Assembly (NCBI GenBank): GCA_965223325.1
Contig: CBDCWI010000001.1
Span: forward strand, 1,984,001 to 2,048,000
Source: Candidatus Multivoradales bacterium
GTDB lineage: Bacteria; Acidobacteriota; Thermoanaerobaculia; Multivoradales; Multivoraceae
Direction: 5' to 3'
Length of the DNA stretch: 64,000 nucleotides
Position numbers and translations under genes: made by a program. This document shows, in pieces, positions 38,090 to 47,389 of the stretch; within the stretch, counting starts at the first letter, position 1; each line of letters begins with the position of its first letter. A model generated the notes under the pieces. It was not told the DNA's origin. It saw only the letters and a list, made by a program, of their open reading frames with translations, and ran no database searches.

Positions 38090-38431
38090 TCAGGTCAGCT
38101 CGAGGAGGTCTTCGACCGGTCTCCCGAGGACGGCCCGGTCGTCGAGAACGGCGATCGGCCGTTGCAGGAGAGTCGGGTGCTGAGCCATGGCGGCGATGAT
38201 CTCGCTTTCCGGCTCGTCGCCGGTCAGCCCGAGGCCGCGATTGGCCGCATCGCGCTTTCGAAGAACCGCCGCAGCAGGGCTGCCGAGCTTGCCGAGGACC
38301 GATTCGATCTCGGCCTCGGAGAGCGGCTCATCGCGGTACTCGCGGTACCGGTAGCTGGCGCCCGCGTCGTCGAGCAAGGCGACCGCCTTGCGACAGGTGC
38401 TTCAAGTGCGGGTACAGATGAGCTCGATCAT
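38090..38431 (-). CDS. ArsC/Spx/MgsR-family selenoprotein, 113 aa, Sec at residue 10
   Basis: GGAGG SD. ATG 38431 overlaps the kinase TGA. Reads MIELICTRT-TGA(38404-38402)-STCRKAVALLDDAG...HPTLLQRPI..GRP. SECIS-like hairpin follows the TGA. Confidence 0.88.
38369..38394 (-). promoter_or_regulatory. Putative bacterial SECIS element
   Basis: GTC-GCAAGGC-[GGTC]-GCCTTGC-TC-GAC. 17 nt separate the UGA from the loop, and the loop starts with G. Confidence 0.72.
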
Positions 38432-40320
38432 TCGTAGTCCTCCATCTCAGGATCGATGTCGCACTTTTTCTTTTCAGCCTCGGGATCCATGAACGCCAGG
38501 ACCCAGATGGTCGGGTACTTGGGATGGGTGATCATGACCTCGTAGCGACCTGGCTCGGGCCGGTATTCATCCCCGCCGCCTGACCCATCCCAGTCGTCGG
38601 CCTCACCGAGCAGGGTTCCGTTGACGGTGATCAGCGCTTCCTCGGGATCGACATGAAACTCCATATAGCTGCGGCAGGCGTACTCTTCGACGAACTCGAC
38701 GTCGGGCGGGGCAACGATGCGATCGGTGGTTGGCGTGGCGTCCGACGGGGTCGTCGCCGGCGCCGGTGGAATCAGCGCTGGAGTCGCGAGTCGCGCAGCG
38801 CGATCGCTTGACTCCTCGGCCGACTCTTCGGTTGCTGGAGCCAGCGAGCTCACTGGACCGGGTGATGCGGCTGTCGCACTTCGGAGGACCGGAGGCTGAG
38901 GCTTCGAAGCGGTGGGCTCGGCGCGCTGGGCGGGCGGTGATGCGGCGACGATCGACGGTTGCCTCTCAGGCTCGCGGTCATGGTCTCGCGACTGCACCGC
39001 GGTCTCACTCGGAACATCAGCCGACCTCGGCGCCACGGGTTCTGGCTCGACATCGTCAAGCGCCGCGGTCACCCGAACCGGTTCTTCAGGAGTGTTGGCG
39101 GCGTCGTCTGCGACCGGTTCCACATTCGTCGCCTCGAGGGCCGACTCGTCAGGCGTTGCGACCGGCGTATCACCGGGCCCGCCCATCGCCGCGACCAGTC
39201 CAACGCCCAGGCTCGCCAGCAGGCCAACGATCGAAAGCAGACCGGCACCGCGCCGGGCCCAGACACCGCGCACGGACTCTGGACTGCGCTTCGAGAGCCA
39301 GCCTCGCAGGTTCTCGTCAAAGCGAACGAACGTACTGGTGAGAGCAGCCACCGTGGTGACTCGAGGCCCTGTGGCTGATGACGTTTCGCCGCCAGCGCGG
39401 GTCGTGCCAGACGTCACCATCGTCTTCAGCGAACCCTCGCTCGGCCGATTGGTCGAGCTTCGGGAGGCGAAGCGAATGTCTGCACCCAGCCCGGCATCGT
39501 ACGCAGCCTCGATGAGCGCCGTCTCGAAGGCAGCGCTGTCCTCGAAGCGATCTTCGGGATCTTTCGCGAGAGCTCGCAGGACAACACCCTCGAGCTCGGC
39601 TGGAACCGAAGACTCGAGATCGGAAAGCGGCCGCGGCTCCTCGTTGACGTGCTTGAACGCGACCGACATCGCATCGTGACCGTCGAAGACCGGCTCTCCG
39701 GTCAAGCACTCGTAGAGCAGGACCCCCAAGGAGTAGAAGTCGGACTGCGGCGAGACCCGGGCCTCCTGCAACTGCTCCGGCGCCATGGCGTAGGGAGTTC
39801 CGAGCACCATTCCGGTTTGGGTCTGGAAAGTGGCACCACTGACCTGGGCGACTCCGAAGTCCATCAACTTCACCGTGCCAGCCCGGTTGATCATCACGTT
39901 CGCCGGCTTGACGTCACGATGAATGACTCCGTGCTGATGCGCCATCCCGAGCGCCCGCGCCACCGAGATCCCAATATCGATCGCATGCGCAACGGCGAGC
40001 GGACCGTGCGCCAGGACATCTCGCACCGACGGGCCGTCGATGTACTCCATGATGAGAAAGAGCGTTCCGTCGGCTTCTTCGATGTCGTAGACGTGAACGA
40101 TGTTCTCGTGCGTGAGCCGAGCGATCGCCAGTGCCTCCTGGCGGAAGCGCTGCATCATCTCGCTACCCTCTGCCAGATGAGTGGGCAGCATCTTGATCGC
40201 CACCGAGCGTTCGAGCGACTCCTGGGTTCCGCGATAGACGACACCCATACCGCCTTTGCCTACCGCTTCATCGATGCGGTAGCGACCAATCGTCGTCCCG
40301 ATGCGTGGGTCCGTCGCCAT
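38428..40320 (-). CDS. Hanks-type Ser/Thr protein kinase with TM helix, Pro/Ala/Ser linker and PEGA-like C-terminal domain
   Basis: GKGGMGVVY, VAIK, HRDVKPAN, DFG, APE; one TM segment; VDPEEALITVNG..LG. Confidence 0.93.
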   Translation of the reverse strand: MATDPRIGTTIGRYRIDEAVGKGGMGVVYRGTQESLERSVAIKMLPTHLAEGSEMMQRFRQEALAIARLTHENIVHVYDIEEADGTLFLIMEYIDGPSVRDVLAHGPLAVAHAIDIGISVARALGMAHQHGVIHRDVKPANVMINRAGTVKLMDFGVAQVSGATFQTQTGMVLGTPYAMAPEQLQEARVSPQSDFYSLGVLLYECLTGEPVFDGHDAMSVAFKHVNEEPRPLSDLESSVPAELEGVVLRALAKDPEDRFEDSAAFETALIEAAYDAGLGADIRFASRSSTNRPSEGSLKTMVTSGTTRAGGETSSATGPRVTTVAALTSTFVRFDENLRGWLSKRSPESVRGVWARRGAGLLSIVGLLASLGVGLVAAMGGPGDTPVATPDESALEATNVEPVADDAANTPEEPVRVTAALDDVEPEPVAPRSADVPSETAVQSRDHDREPERQPSIVAASPPAQRAEPTASKPQPPVLRSATAASPGPVSSLAPATEESAEESSDRAARLATPALIPPAPATTPSDATPTTDRIVAPPDVEFVEEYACRSYMEFHVDPEEALITVNGTLLGEADDWDGSGGGDEYRPEPGRYEVMITHPKYPTIWVLAFMDPEAEKKKCDIDPEMEDYE

Positions 40321-40497
40321 TCCTCTACTCTTCGTTTCCGGCGTCCAGGATGCAGGAATACTGCGAACACCGCCCAGGAATACTACTTTGGATCACCCTC
40401 CGAGACGAAGCGCGACGGCACCTGGGGCACACCTGAGCCCTTGTTTTCGGCGTCCATCACCCCACCTGTGGCGAGCTGCGGAAGGCGGCGGCGCCGT

Positions 40498-41802
40498 CTA
40501 CTCTTCGATCGCCGCGTAGACCAGGGCGCGAACCTTGCCGTGATCATCGATGTCGCCAGCCGGAATGATCTGCGTCAAGTAGACGACCACCAGCTCCTCT
40601 CGCGGGTCGACCCAGTACGAAGAGTGATAGGCACCTCCCCAGGCGAATTCACCCACGGAACCGGGAGTCCCCCGTGCCCCCAGGTCGGTCAGGACCGAGA
40701 AGCCGAGGCCGAAGCCGGTTCCGGCTCCCCAGACGAACTTGTCGCCAATGTGGTTGGTGGTCATCAGCCGGACGGTCGAAGGTGCCAGGAGGCGATGCCC
40801 GTCGAGCGTTCCGCCGTTGGCCATCGCCTGCAGGAACCGCGCGTAGTCCGAAGCGGTCGATAGGAGACCCGCGCCGCCGGAAAAGCTCTTGCGCGGGCCG
40901 ACGACATAGTGACCCTGACTGAGCATCGTGCCTTCGTCAGGCGAGCGACCGATCTTTCCCTCGTCGGCGTAGTAGACCGTCGCCAGGCGATCGCGCTTCG
41001 CCTCCGGCACGTAGAAGAAGGTGTCGGTCATGCCGAGGGGCTCGAAGATTCGCTCGCGCAGAAAGTCGTCGAGTGGCATGCCCGATGCCACTTCGACCAC
41101 CGCACCCAGAACGTCGGTCGAGTAGCCATAGACGAACTTCTCACCGGGGTGAGACTCGAGGGGCAGCTCGGCCATTCGATTCACCGTTTCGACAACGCCT
41201 TCGTCGCGGTGAGCGAAGTACCAGCCCTGCATCTCGGCAGCGCCCCAACGGTCGGCGGCAACGCCACCACCGTAGCTCAGACCCGAAGTGTGAGTGAGCA
41301 GGTCACGGAGAGTGATCGCCCGCTTCGCTGGCACCAGGTCATAGCCGCCACCGGCACGCCCAACGGCGACCTGCATGTCGGCGAACGCCGGCAGGTATTT
41401 GTGCAGCGGATCACCGATGAGCACCTCGCCGTCTTCCTGGAGAATCAGAATCGCAGTACTCACCAGGGCCTTGCTCTGCGAGGCAATGCGAAAGATATCG
41501 CCGCGCTCCATGGGGTCGTCCGCCTCCACATCCCGATGACCAAAGGCGTGGTGTAAGACCACCTCCCCTCGCCGCGCGACCAGAACCACACCGCCGGCGA
41601 GCCGCCCCTCCTCGGCGTAGCCATCGAGAGCCTCCGCCAGCCGAGCCAGTCGTTCTGAAGACATGCCCACCGCCTCGGCCTTCGCACGCGGCAACTCCTT
41701 GGCAAGGAGGGGCGATTGCAAGGAAAAGGAAAACGCTGCCAGAACCACGGCCCCAGCGACGTAGTGGAGAAACCGACCAGCAGAAAGACGAGACGCGTTC
41801 AT
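40498..41802 (-). CDS. Serine hydrolase (beta-lactamase-like family VIII esterase/peptidase), secreted
   Basis: [42 protein letters not shown]...WVDP. Confidence 0.92.
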   Translation of the reverse strand: MNASRLSAGRFLHYVAGAVVLAAFSFSLQSPLLAKELPRAKAEAVGMSSERLARLAEALDGYAEEGRLAGGVVLVARRGEVVLHHAFGHRDVEADDPMERGDIFRIASQSKALVSTAILILQEDGEVLIGDPLHKYLPAFADMQVAVGRAGGGYDLVPAKRAITLRDLLTHTSGLSYGGGVAADRWGAAEMQGWYFAHRDEGVVETVNRMAELPLESHPGEKFVYGYSTDVLGAVVEVASGMPLDDFLRERIFEPLGMTDTFFYVPEAKRDRLATVYYADEGKIGRSPDEGTMLSQGHYVVGPRKSFSGGAGLLSTASDYARFLQAMANGGTLDGHRLLAPSTVRLMTTNHIGDKFVWGAGTGFGLGFSVLTDLGARGTPGSVGEFAWGGAYHSSYWVDPREELVVVYLTQIIPAGDIDDHGKVRALVYAAIEE

Positions 41803-41889
41803 GCCAAGACCTCACCGAAAGTTGGAAGGGGAACCGCCATGCTACCCCCAGCAGCGAAACCCCTGGACCACCGTAGCGATGCGGGCACG

Positions 41890-42254
41890 GGAAAGGCGCG
41901 CGACGAACGTCGGAAGTCCAAGACCGCAACTGCAGGGCGACCTCCAAACGCCGGCGACCGCCCAACGGACCGCTTGCGCCTTTGCTCCTCTGAAAGCTCA
42001 AGTGACGGAGGCCGTGGTAACGACATCGCAATACACCATGGATTCAACAACGACCACCGACCAACGTGGCGCTACGGCATTGGAAAGGCGCGCGACGAAC
42101 GTCGGAAGTCCAAGACCGCAACTGCAGGGCGACCTCCAAACGCCGGCGACCGCCCAACGGACCGCTTGCGCCTTTGCTCCTCTGAAAGCTCAAGTGACGG
42201 AGGCCGTGGTAACGACATCGCAATACACCATGGATTCAACAACGACCACCGACC
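41890..42254. repeat. Direct duplication of a 173-bp non-coding unit
   Basis: 41890-42062 and 42082-42254 read as identical, with a 19-nt spacer (period 192). Confidence 0.93.
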
Positions 42255-42255
42255 G

Positions 42256-42350
42256 TCCCACACCACGAACCCCCAGCAACAGCGACAAACCACGGCCATG
42301 GATCCCACACCACGAACCCCCAGCAACAGCGACAAACCACGGCCATGGAT
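42256..42350. repeat. 47-bp tandem repeat x2 immediately 3' of ychF
   Basis: TCCCACACCACGAACCCCCAGCAACAGCGACAAACCACGGCCATGGA at 42256 and 42303. Confidence 0.93.
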
Positions 42351-42354
42351 TCCG

Positions 42355-43455
42355 TCACACATTGAAGCGGAAGAGCAAGACATCGCCATCGGCAACCACG
42401 TACTCCTTGCCCTCGCTGCGCATCACACCTGCCTCGCGCGCTGCGGTCTCAGAACCGAGGCGCTCATAGTCCACGAACTTGATGGTCTCGGCACGAATGA
42501 AGCCGCGCTCGAAGTCGGTATGGATCACTCCCGCGGCCTGCGGAGCTTTGGTTCCCTTGCGAATCGTCCACGCACGGGACTCTTTCGGGCCGGCCGTGAA
42601 ATAGGTGATCAAGCCCAGCAGCTCGAAGGCCGCCCGGATCAAACGATGGAGTCCCGGTTCGAGGACTCCAGCCTCCTCGAGGAACAAGGCGCGCTCGTCG
42701 GGCTCGAGCTCGACGAGCTGGGCCTCGAACTCGGCCGACACTACGACCACTCCGGCTTCTTCCTCGGCGGCGATCGCACGCACGGCCTCGACATCGTCGT
42801 TGCCGTCAGCCACATCGCCCTCGGCAACGTTGGCGACGTAGAGAACCGGTTTGCCGGTGAGCAGGTGTGCCTGGCGCAGCCAGCTGCCCTCCTGGTCGTT
42901 CTTGGCGCCGAACAGGCGTGCAGGCTTGCCGTCACCGAGCCAGTCACGGAGAGCTTCGGCGTAGGCCAGTTCGGCCTTGGCTTCGGGGGCTGCAGTCTTT
43001 GCGGCGCGCTGCGCACGATCGACCCACTTCTCAGCCGTTTCAAGGTCCTTGAGCAACAACTCGGTCTCAATGATCTCGATGTCGCGCGCCGGGTCGACCG
43101 AACCTTCGACGTGCGTCACGTTTCCATCTTCGAAGCAACGCACGACGTGCGCTAAGGCATCGGTCTCGCGAACGTGTGACAGGAACTTGTTCCCCAGCCC
43201 TTCACCCTTTGAGGCACCGGCGACCAGACCAGCGATATCAACGAACTCGAAGACTGCCGGCAAGGCCTTTGCTGAACCCGCCAACTCCGCCAGGCGCGTC
43301 AGGCGTCTGTCGGGCACGGCCACTACACCGACATTCGGCTCGATGGTGCAAAACGGGTAGTTCGCGGCCTCGGCGTTACCCGACTCGCTGAGAGCATTGA
43401 AGAGGGTGCTTTTGCCGACATTGGGAAGGCCGACGATTCCGACACGCAGAGACAT
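42355..43455 (-). CDS. ychF: Redox-regulated ribosome-binding ATPase YchF
   Basis: GIVGLPNVGKSTLFNAL, ANYPFCTIEPN, DIAGLV.GASKGEGLGNKFL, HTDFERGFIRAE, FRFNV. Confidence 0.99.
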   Translation of the reverse strand: MSLRVGIVGLPNVGKSTLFNALSESGNAEAANYPFCTIEPNVGVVAVPDRRLTRLAELAGSAKALPAVFEFVDIAGLVAGASKGEGLGNKFLSHVRETDALAHVVRCFEDGNVTHVEGSVDPARDIEIIETELLLKDLETAEKWVDRAQRAAKTAAPEAKAELAYAEALRDWLGDGKPARLFGAKNDQEGSWLRQAHLLTGKPVLYVANVAEGDVADGNDDVEAVRAIAAEEEAGVVVVSAEFEAQLVELEPDERALFLEEAGVLEPGLHRLIRAAFELLGLITYFTAGPKESRAWTIRKGTKAPQAAGVIHTDFERGFIRAETIKFVDYERLGSETAAREAGVMRSEGKEYVVADGDVLLFRFNV

Positions 43456-43608
43456 GGTTCTGGCCTCGAGAGAAAGAAAATGGGCACCGGGTCCAGCTGG
43501 CCAAAAGGGGAATCGAGAGGCGGCGGCCCAGAGTTGCGGGCCGGACTCTATAAGAGGGCGCGGCCCCCCGCGCGTTCGATCTATCTCGGATCGATCTCGA
43601 CTGGCCGT

Positions 43609-45189
43609 CTACCGTCCCGAACCGGGCCGGTCGTAACGCGCCGGCACACCTTCACCCGGCATCGAGCCCTCGATGAACTCGCGGATGTGCTGGTTCGACG
43701 GCCCGAGATCCTCGGCGCGCAGGTACATCATGTGCCCACTCTTGTAGCCCTCGAAGCGCATGCGGTCGCGTAGACGTCCGCTCTTATCCAGGTTCCACAA
43801 GACGTACTTGGCAGTGAAGTAGTCGGTCGCGCCATCGTAGTAGCCCGACTGCACCATCACCTGCAGGTACGGGTTCTGCGCCATCGCCTGGCGAAGCTCC
43901 TCGGCGACATTGGTATCGCGCCCTTCCCAGGGGTGGACGGGGCCGAAGAGGTAGTACTGCAGGTCGGTCTCGAAGCCCAGCTCGTCTCGCAGGTAGTGAT
44001 TGATCGCCGGCGCAAATGCATGGTTCCAGGCCGTGAGCTCCGCCGGGTAGTCGTACTGCTCGCCGGCGTTCTTGCTGTCGACACCGAGATAGCGCGAGTC
44101 GAGCCGACCGATGGTGAAGCCCTCTTCACGCAAGAGCTCTTTCCAGAAGGCCTGGACCGGCACCGCCAGGTTGTGATCGAGGACATACGACGTCTCGAGC
44201 CCTGCGAACCGCGCCACCTCACCGGCAATGCGCTGGCGCTCACCCTCGTCGAGAAAACCGCCGCGCGCGAGCGCCGGCAGGTACTGCTCGATGGTGAACT
44301 TCTCGGCCAGGTCGAGCGCATCGGTGAGCTCCATCTGCTGGAGCTCGGTCCCGAGTTGACCGTGGTAGTGCGCCGCAGCGGTGTAGTACGGCAGCTTGAG
44401 GAGCGGCGAACGCGGCGCCGGGCCTTCAGCCTCTAGACCCAGACCGGTAGGCGAAACCAGCACCACCCCGTTCAAATACATCCAATGACGGTCCTGCAAG
44501 GTGGCCGCGAGGCCCGAGACACGTGTTGTGCCGTAACTCTCACCGATCAGGTACTTCGGCGAGCGCCAGCGGTCATGGCGCGACACAAAGACATCGAGCC
44601 AATCGGCAAGGTAGGTCACGTCAGCCTCGACGCCGAAGAACATCTCGCGGTCGACTTCCTCGTCGAGAATGCGAGAGAAGCCGGTGTTCACAGGGTTCAC
44701 ATAGACGATGTCAGCAACATCGAGGATCGAGTGTGGGTTGTCGCGTACGCCGTAGGGCTGCACCGGATGCCCTTCGTCGTCGATCATGAGTTGCTTGGGG
44801 CTGGTGTAGCCGAGATGCATCCACAGCGATCCAGAGCCCGGGCCACCATTGAACGAGATCACCAGCGGGCGTCGGGCCCGGTCGTCGATGCCGGAACGTT
44901 CGTAGAAGGTGTAGTGAAGCGACGCGACGGCGACGCCCTTCTCGCCGTAGACCGGCTGCGTTCCCAGAGTGACGCGATAGGGAACACGCTCGCCACCGAT
45001 CGCGACCTCGGCCTCGTGAGTGATCGCCATGTCGGCTGGCAGCTTGCGTTCGGGAAGACCCGCATCGCTCGTTTCTTCGGCGGCTAGCGAGCCCGCGGTT
45101 GCACAGAGCATCGCAGCGACGACCAGGGGCAGTGCCAGAAGTGGGGTTCTCGTTCGGGCGCGCGCCCACTCGGGTCTCGTTGTGTCCAT
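43609..45189 (-). CDS. S10 serine carboxypeptidase, secreted
   Basis: FNGGPGS, TGFSR, GESYG, GYYDGAT, GHMMY. Confidence 0.93.
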   Translation of the reverse strand: MDTTRPEWARARTRTPLLALPLVVAAMLCATAGSLAAEETSDAGLPERKLPADMAITHEAEVAIGGERVPYRVTLGTQPVYGEKGVAVASLHYTFYERSGIDDRARRPLVISFNGGPGSGSLWMHLGYTSPKQLMIDDEGHPVQPYGVRDNPHSILDVADIVYVNPVNTGFSRILDEEVDREMFFGVEADVTYLADWLDVFVSRHDRWRSPKYLIGESYGTTRVSGLAATLQDRHWMYLNGVVLVSPTGLGLEAEGPAPRSPLLKLPYYTAAAHYHGQLGTELQQMELTDALDLAEKFTIEQYLPALARGGFLDEGERQRIAGEVARFAGLETSYVLDHNLAVPVQAFWKELLREEGFTIGRLDSRYLGVDSKNAGEQYDYPAELTAWNHAFAPAINHYLRDELGFETDLQYYLFGPVHPWEGRDTNVAEELRQAMAQNPYLQVMVQSGYYDGATDYFTAKYVLWNLDKSGRLRDRMRFEGYKSGHMMYLRAEDLGPSNQHIREFIEGSMPGEGVPARYDRPGSGR

Positions 45190-45342
45190 CGGGTCGATTC
45201 CTCTCTGTTCTCTGAAGTCAACAGTCTCGACTCCGCGCAGGGGCCCTGGGGGTTCGCGGGAGTTCAAGCTGCAGGATACCCGGGCACCGAAACGCCGCGG
45301 AGGCGCCACGTGAGCGACACAAAAAGGGTTCACAGTTCCGTC

Positions 45343-46416
45343 ATGGATCTACTCTGGAACGGCCTCTTCTGCGGCGCCCTGATCGCCTCCAGCCTCGCCC
45401 TCCCCCACACGAGGAAGCAGGGTCCAATGACCCTGATCGTTGTCGTGAGTCGGCTGGCACCGGTAGCCGGCGCCTGGCTTCTCGCGCCGTTCATTGCCCG
45501 AGATCCCTTTGCGCTGCTCCGCCTGCTGTCGTGGACGCTGTTCGTACACCTTCCGATTCTCCTTCTCCTGATTGCGGCCCTCTACCGCCGACGCCGCGCT
45601 ACCGCGGGTGCCCTCACCGTGGCTGCATTCACACTTGTCGCGATCGGCTACTGGGCGTTCCGCGTTGAGCCCGAGAGGCTCGAGATCACTCGCATTGACG
45701 TCGAGGCCCGAGAGATCGGAAAACCCATCACGGTAACGGTCCTCGCGGACTTTCAGACTGACCGAATCGGCGCCTATGAGCGCCGGGTCCTCACGTCGTT
45801 GGCGGCCACCCGGGCCGACATCGTCCTCCTGACTGGCGACGTTCTCCAGGTCGAAGCGCGTCGGCGCGCGTCACTGCGCGAGAGTTTTCAAAGCGCCTGG
45901 CGCGAAGCCGGCATCGACCCGCCCCTCGGAGCCTTCGCGGTGCAGGGCAACACCGACCCCTCCACATGGCACCGCCTGTACGAAGGTCTCCCGGTGACAC
46001 CGCTCGAAGACGAAGCGGCTATCTCAGCCGCGCTCGCCGCCCAGGGACTCGAGCTGCACGGCCTCAGCCTGGCGGAGAGCTTCAAGACCAGGTCACGCCT
46101 CTTGCCCTCACCCTCGGCCAGGTCGCCGTTTCGGATCGTCTTCGGTCATGGCCCTGACTTCGCATTGGGGCTTGGTGGCGCCGACCTTCTGATCGCCGGC
46201 CACACCCACGGCGGGCAGGTCCAATTGCCTTGGATCGGACCCTTGATCACCTTCTCGAGGGTGCCAAGGTCCTGGGCCAGTGGAGTGACGGAGATCCCCT
46301 ATGGTGGAACTCTCGTCGTCTCTCGGGGCACTGGTCTCGAGCGCGGCAACGCTCCTCGACTTCGCTTCCTGTGTCGTCCAGAGATCGTGGTGATCGACCT
46401 CTTGCCCTCATCTTGA
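45343..46416 (+). CDS. Membrane-anchored metallophosphoesterase (YkuE-like)
   Basis: N-terminal TM segments; ADFQ, LTGD, VQGNTD, GHTHGGQV, VSRG.G. Start is 45310 or 45343. Confidence 0.88.
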   Translation: MDLLWNGLFCGALIASSLALPHTRKQGPMTLIVVVSRLAPVAGAWLLAPFIARDPFALLRLLSWTLFVHLPILLLLIAALYRRRRATAGALTVAAFTLVAIGYWAFRVEPERLEITRIDVEAREIGKPITVTVLADFQTDRIGAYERRVLTSLAATRADIVLLTGDVLQVEARRRASLRESFQSAWREAGIDPPLGAFAVQGNTDPSTWHRLYEGLPVTPLEDEAAISAALAAQGLELHGLSLAESFKTRSRLLPSPSARSPFRIVFGHGPDFALGLGGADLLIAGHTHGGQVQLPWIGPLITFSRVPRSWASGVTEIPYGGTLVVSRGTGLERGNAPRLRFLCRPEIVVIDLLPSS

Positions 46417-46520
46417 CCCTGGGGTCGAGGCCACGCGTCCGTGCGAGGACTGCCGGGCAGACGCGGTAACCTGACGACTCCCCCACTGCTAGCTCATTCC
46501 ATTCCTCGGAGGTACAGCTC

Positions 46521-47369
46521 ATGAGCCGCATCAACCCTCTCTCAGCCGGCTACGCGATCGCGGTCCTGGTTCTCGCCGCCCTCGCCTTGATCGGCGCCCG
46601 CTTCGCCGCGACCGGTATTCCGGTGAACCCGACAAAGGGCGACGCCTTGCCGCCGGCGATTATCGGCGAGGCCGCGCCGCTGGCGGGCGAGGCCGTTGCC
46701 TACTTCGCCGACAACGCCAAAGCCCAGGGCTACCTGGCGGTTCCCGAAGGCGACGGCCCGTTTCCGTCGGTGATCTTGATTCACGAGTGGAACGGTCTGG
46801 TCGACCGGGTGCGCGAGACCGCCGACTCGTTCGCCGCGGAGGGCTACGTCGCACTGGCTGCTGACCTCTACAGCGGCCGCACCGGGAGCAACCCGAAGGA
46901 GAACATGGAGCTGGTTCAGGAAACGCTCGCCAACCAGGGCATGATCATCAAGAACCTCGACGCGGCGGTGAAGTTCCTCCGTGACCGCCCCGACACGACG
47001 GACAAGGTCGGCACGATCGGGTGGTGCTACGGCGGCGGGGTGGCGTTCTCCTACGCGCTCGGCGGTGAACATCACGACGCAACCGCGATCTTCTACGGTC
47101 GCCTGCTAGGAGACCCGGAAGCGATGGCCAAGATCGATCACCCGGTCTATGGAACGTTCGTCGAGAACGACCGCGGCATTCCGGTCGAGTCGGTCAATCG
47201 GTTCGTTGAAACGATGCGAGCGGCGGGAATCGAAAACGACGTCCACATCTACGACGAGGTCAACCACGGGTTCTGGCTGCACGTCGATCGTGACGCCGAG
47301 GCCAACACGCCGGCGGCCAAAGATGCGTGGAAGCGGCTCAAGGCCTACCTCCAGTCGACGCTCGGTTAG
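46521..47369 (+). CDS. Dienelactone hydrolase family protein
   Basis: IHEWNGL, GYVALAADLY, GWCYGG, HGF. GGAGG SD. Confidence 0.93.
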   Translation: MSRINPLSAGYAIAVLVLAALALIGARFAATGIPVNPTKGDALPPAIIGEAAPLAGEAVAYFADNAKAQGYLAVPEGDGPFPSVILIHEWNGLVDRVRETADSFAAEGYVALAADLYSGRTGSNPKENMELVQETLANQGMIIKNLDAAVKFLRDRPDTTDKVGTIGWCYGGGVAFSYALGGEHHDATAIFYGRLLGDPEAMAKIDHPVYGTFVENDRGIPVESVNRFVETMRAAGIENDVHIYDEVNHGFWLHVDRDAEANTPAAKDAWKRLKAYLQSTLG

Positions 47370-47389
47370 GAGCCCACCGGGGGCAGGGG

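Noticed and set aside
22202-38404. Genome-wide TGA reassignment (Trp/Gly) as the explanation for the in-frame TGAs
   Set aside because: TGA terminates many genes at their expected C-termini, often in ATGA/GTGA overlaps. Only the two Cys-position TGAs have SECIS-like hairpins.
38090-38431. Arsenic resistance operon
   Set aside because: There is no arsR, arsB/acr3 or arsH nearby, so arsenate reductase activity cannot be assumed.
36198-41802. Beta-lactam resistance genes
   Set aside because: These are SxxK serine hydrolases of broad esterase/peptidase families. Nothing supports true beta-lactamase activity.
41716-43155. 479-aa and 222-aa + strand ORFs across the repeats and ychF
   Set aside because: They are antisense shadows of ychF plus read-through of repeat DNA, with no protein-like features.
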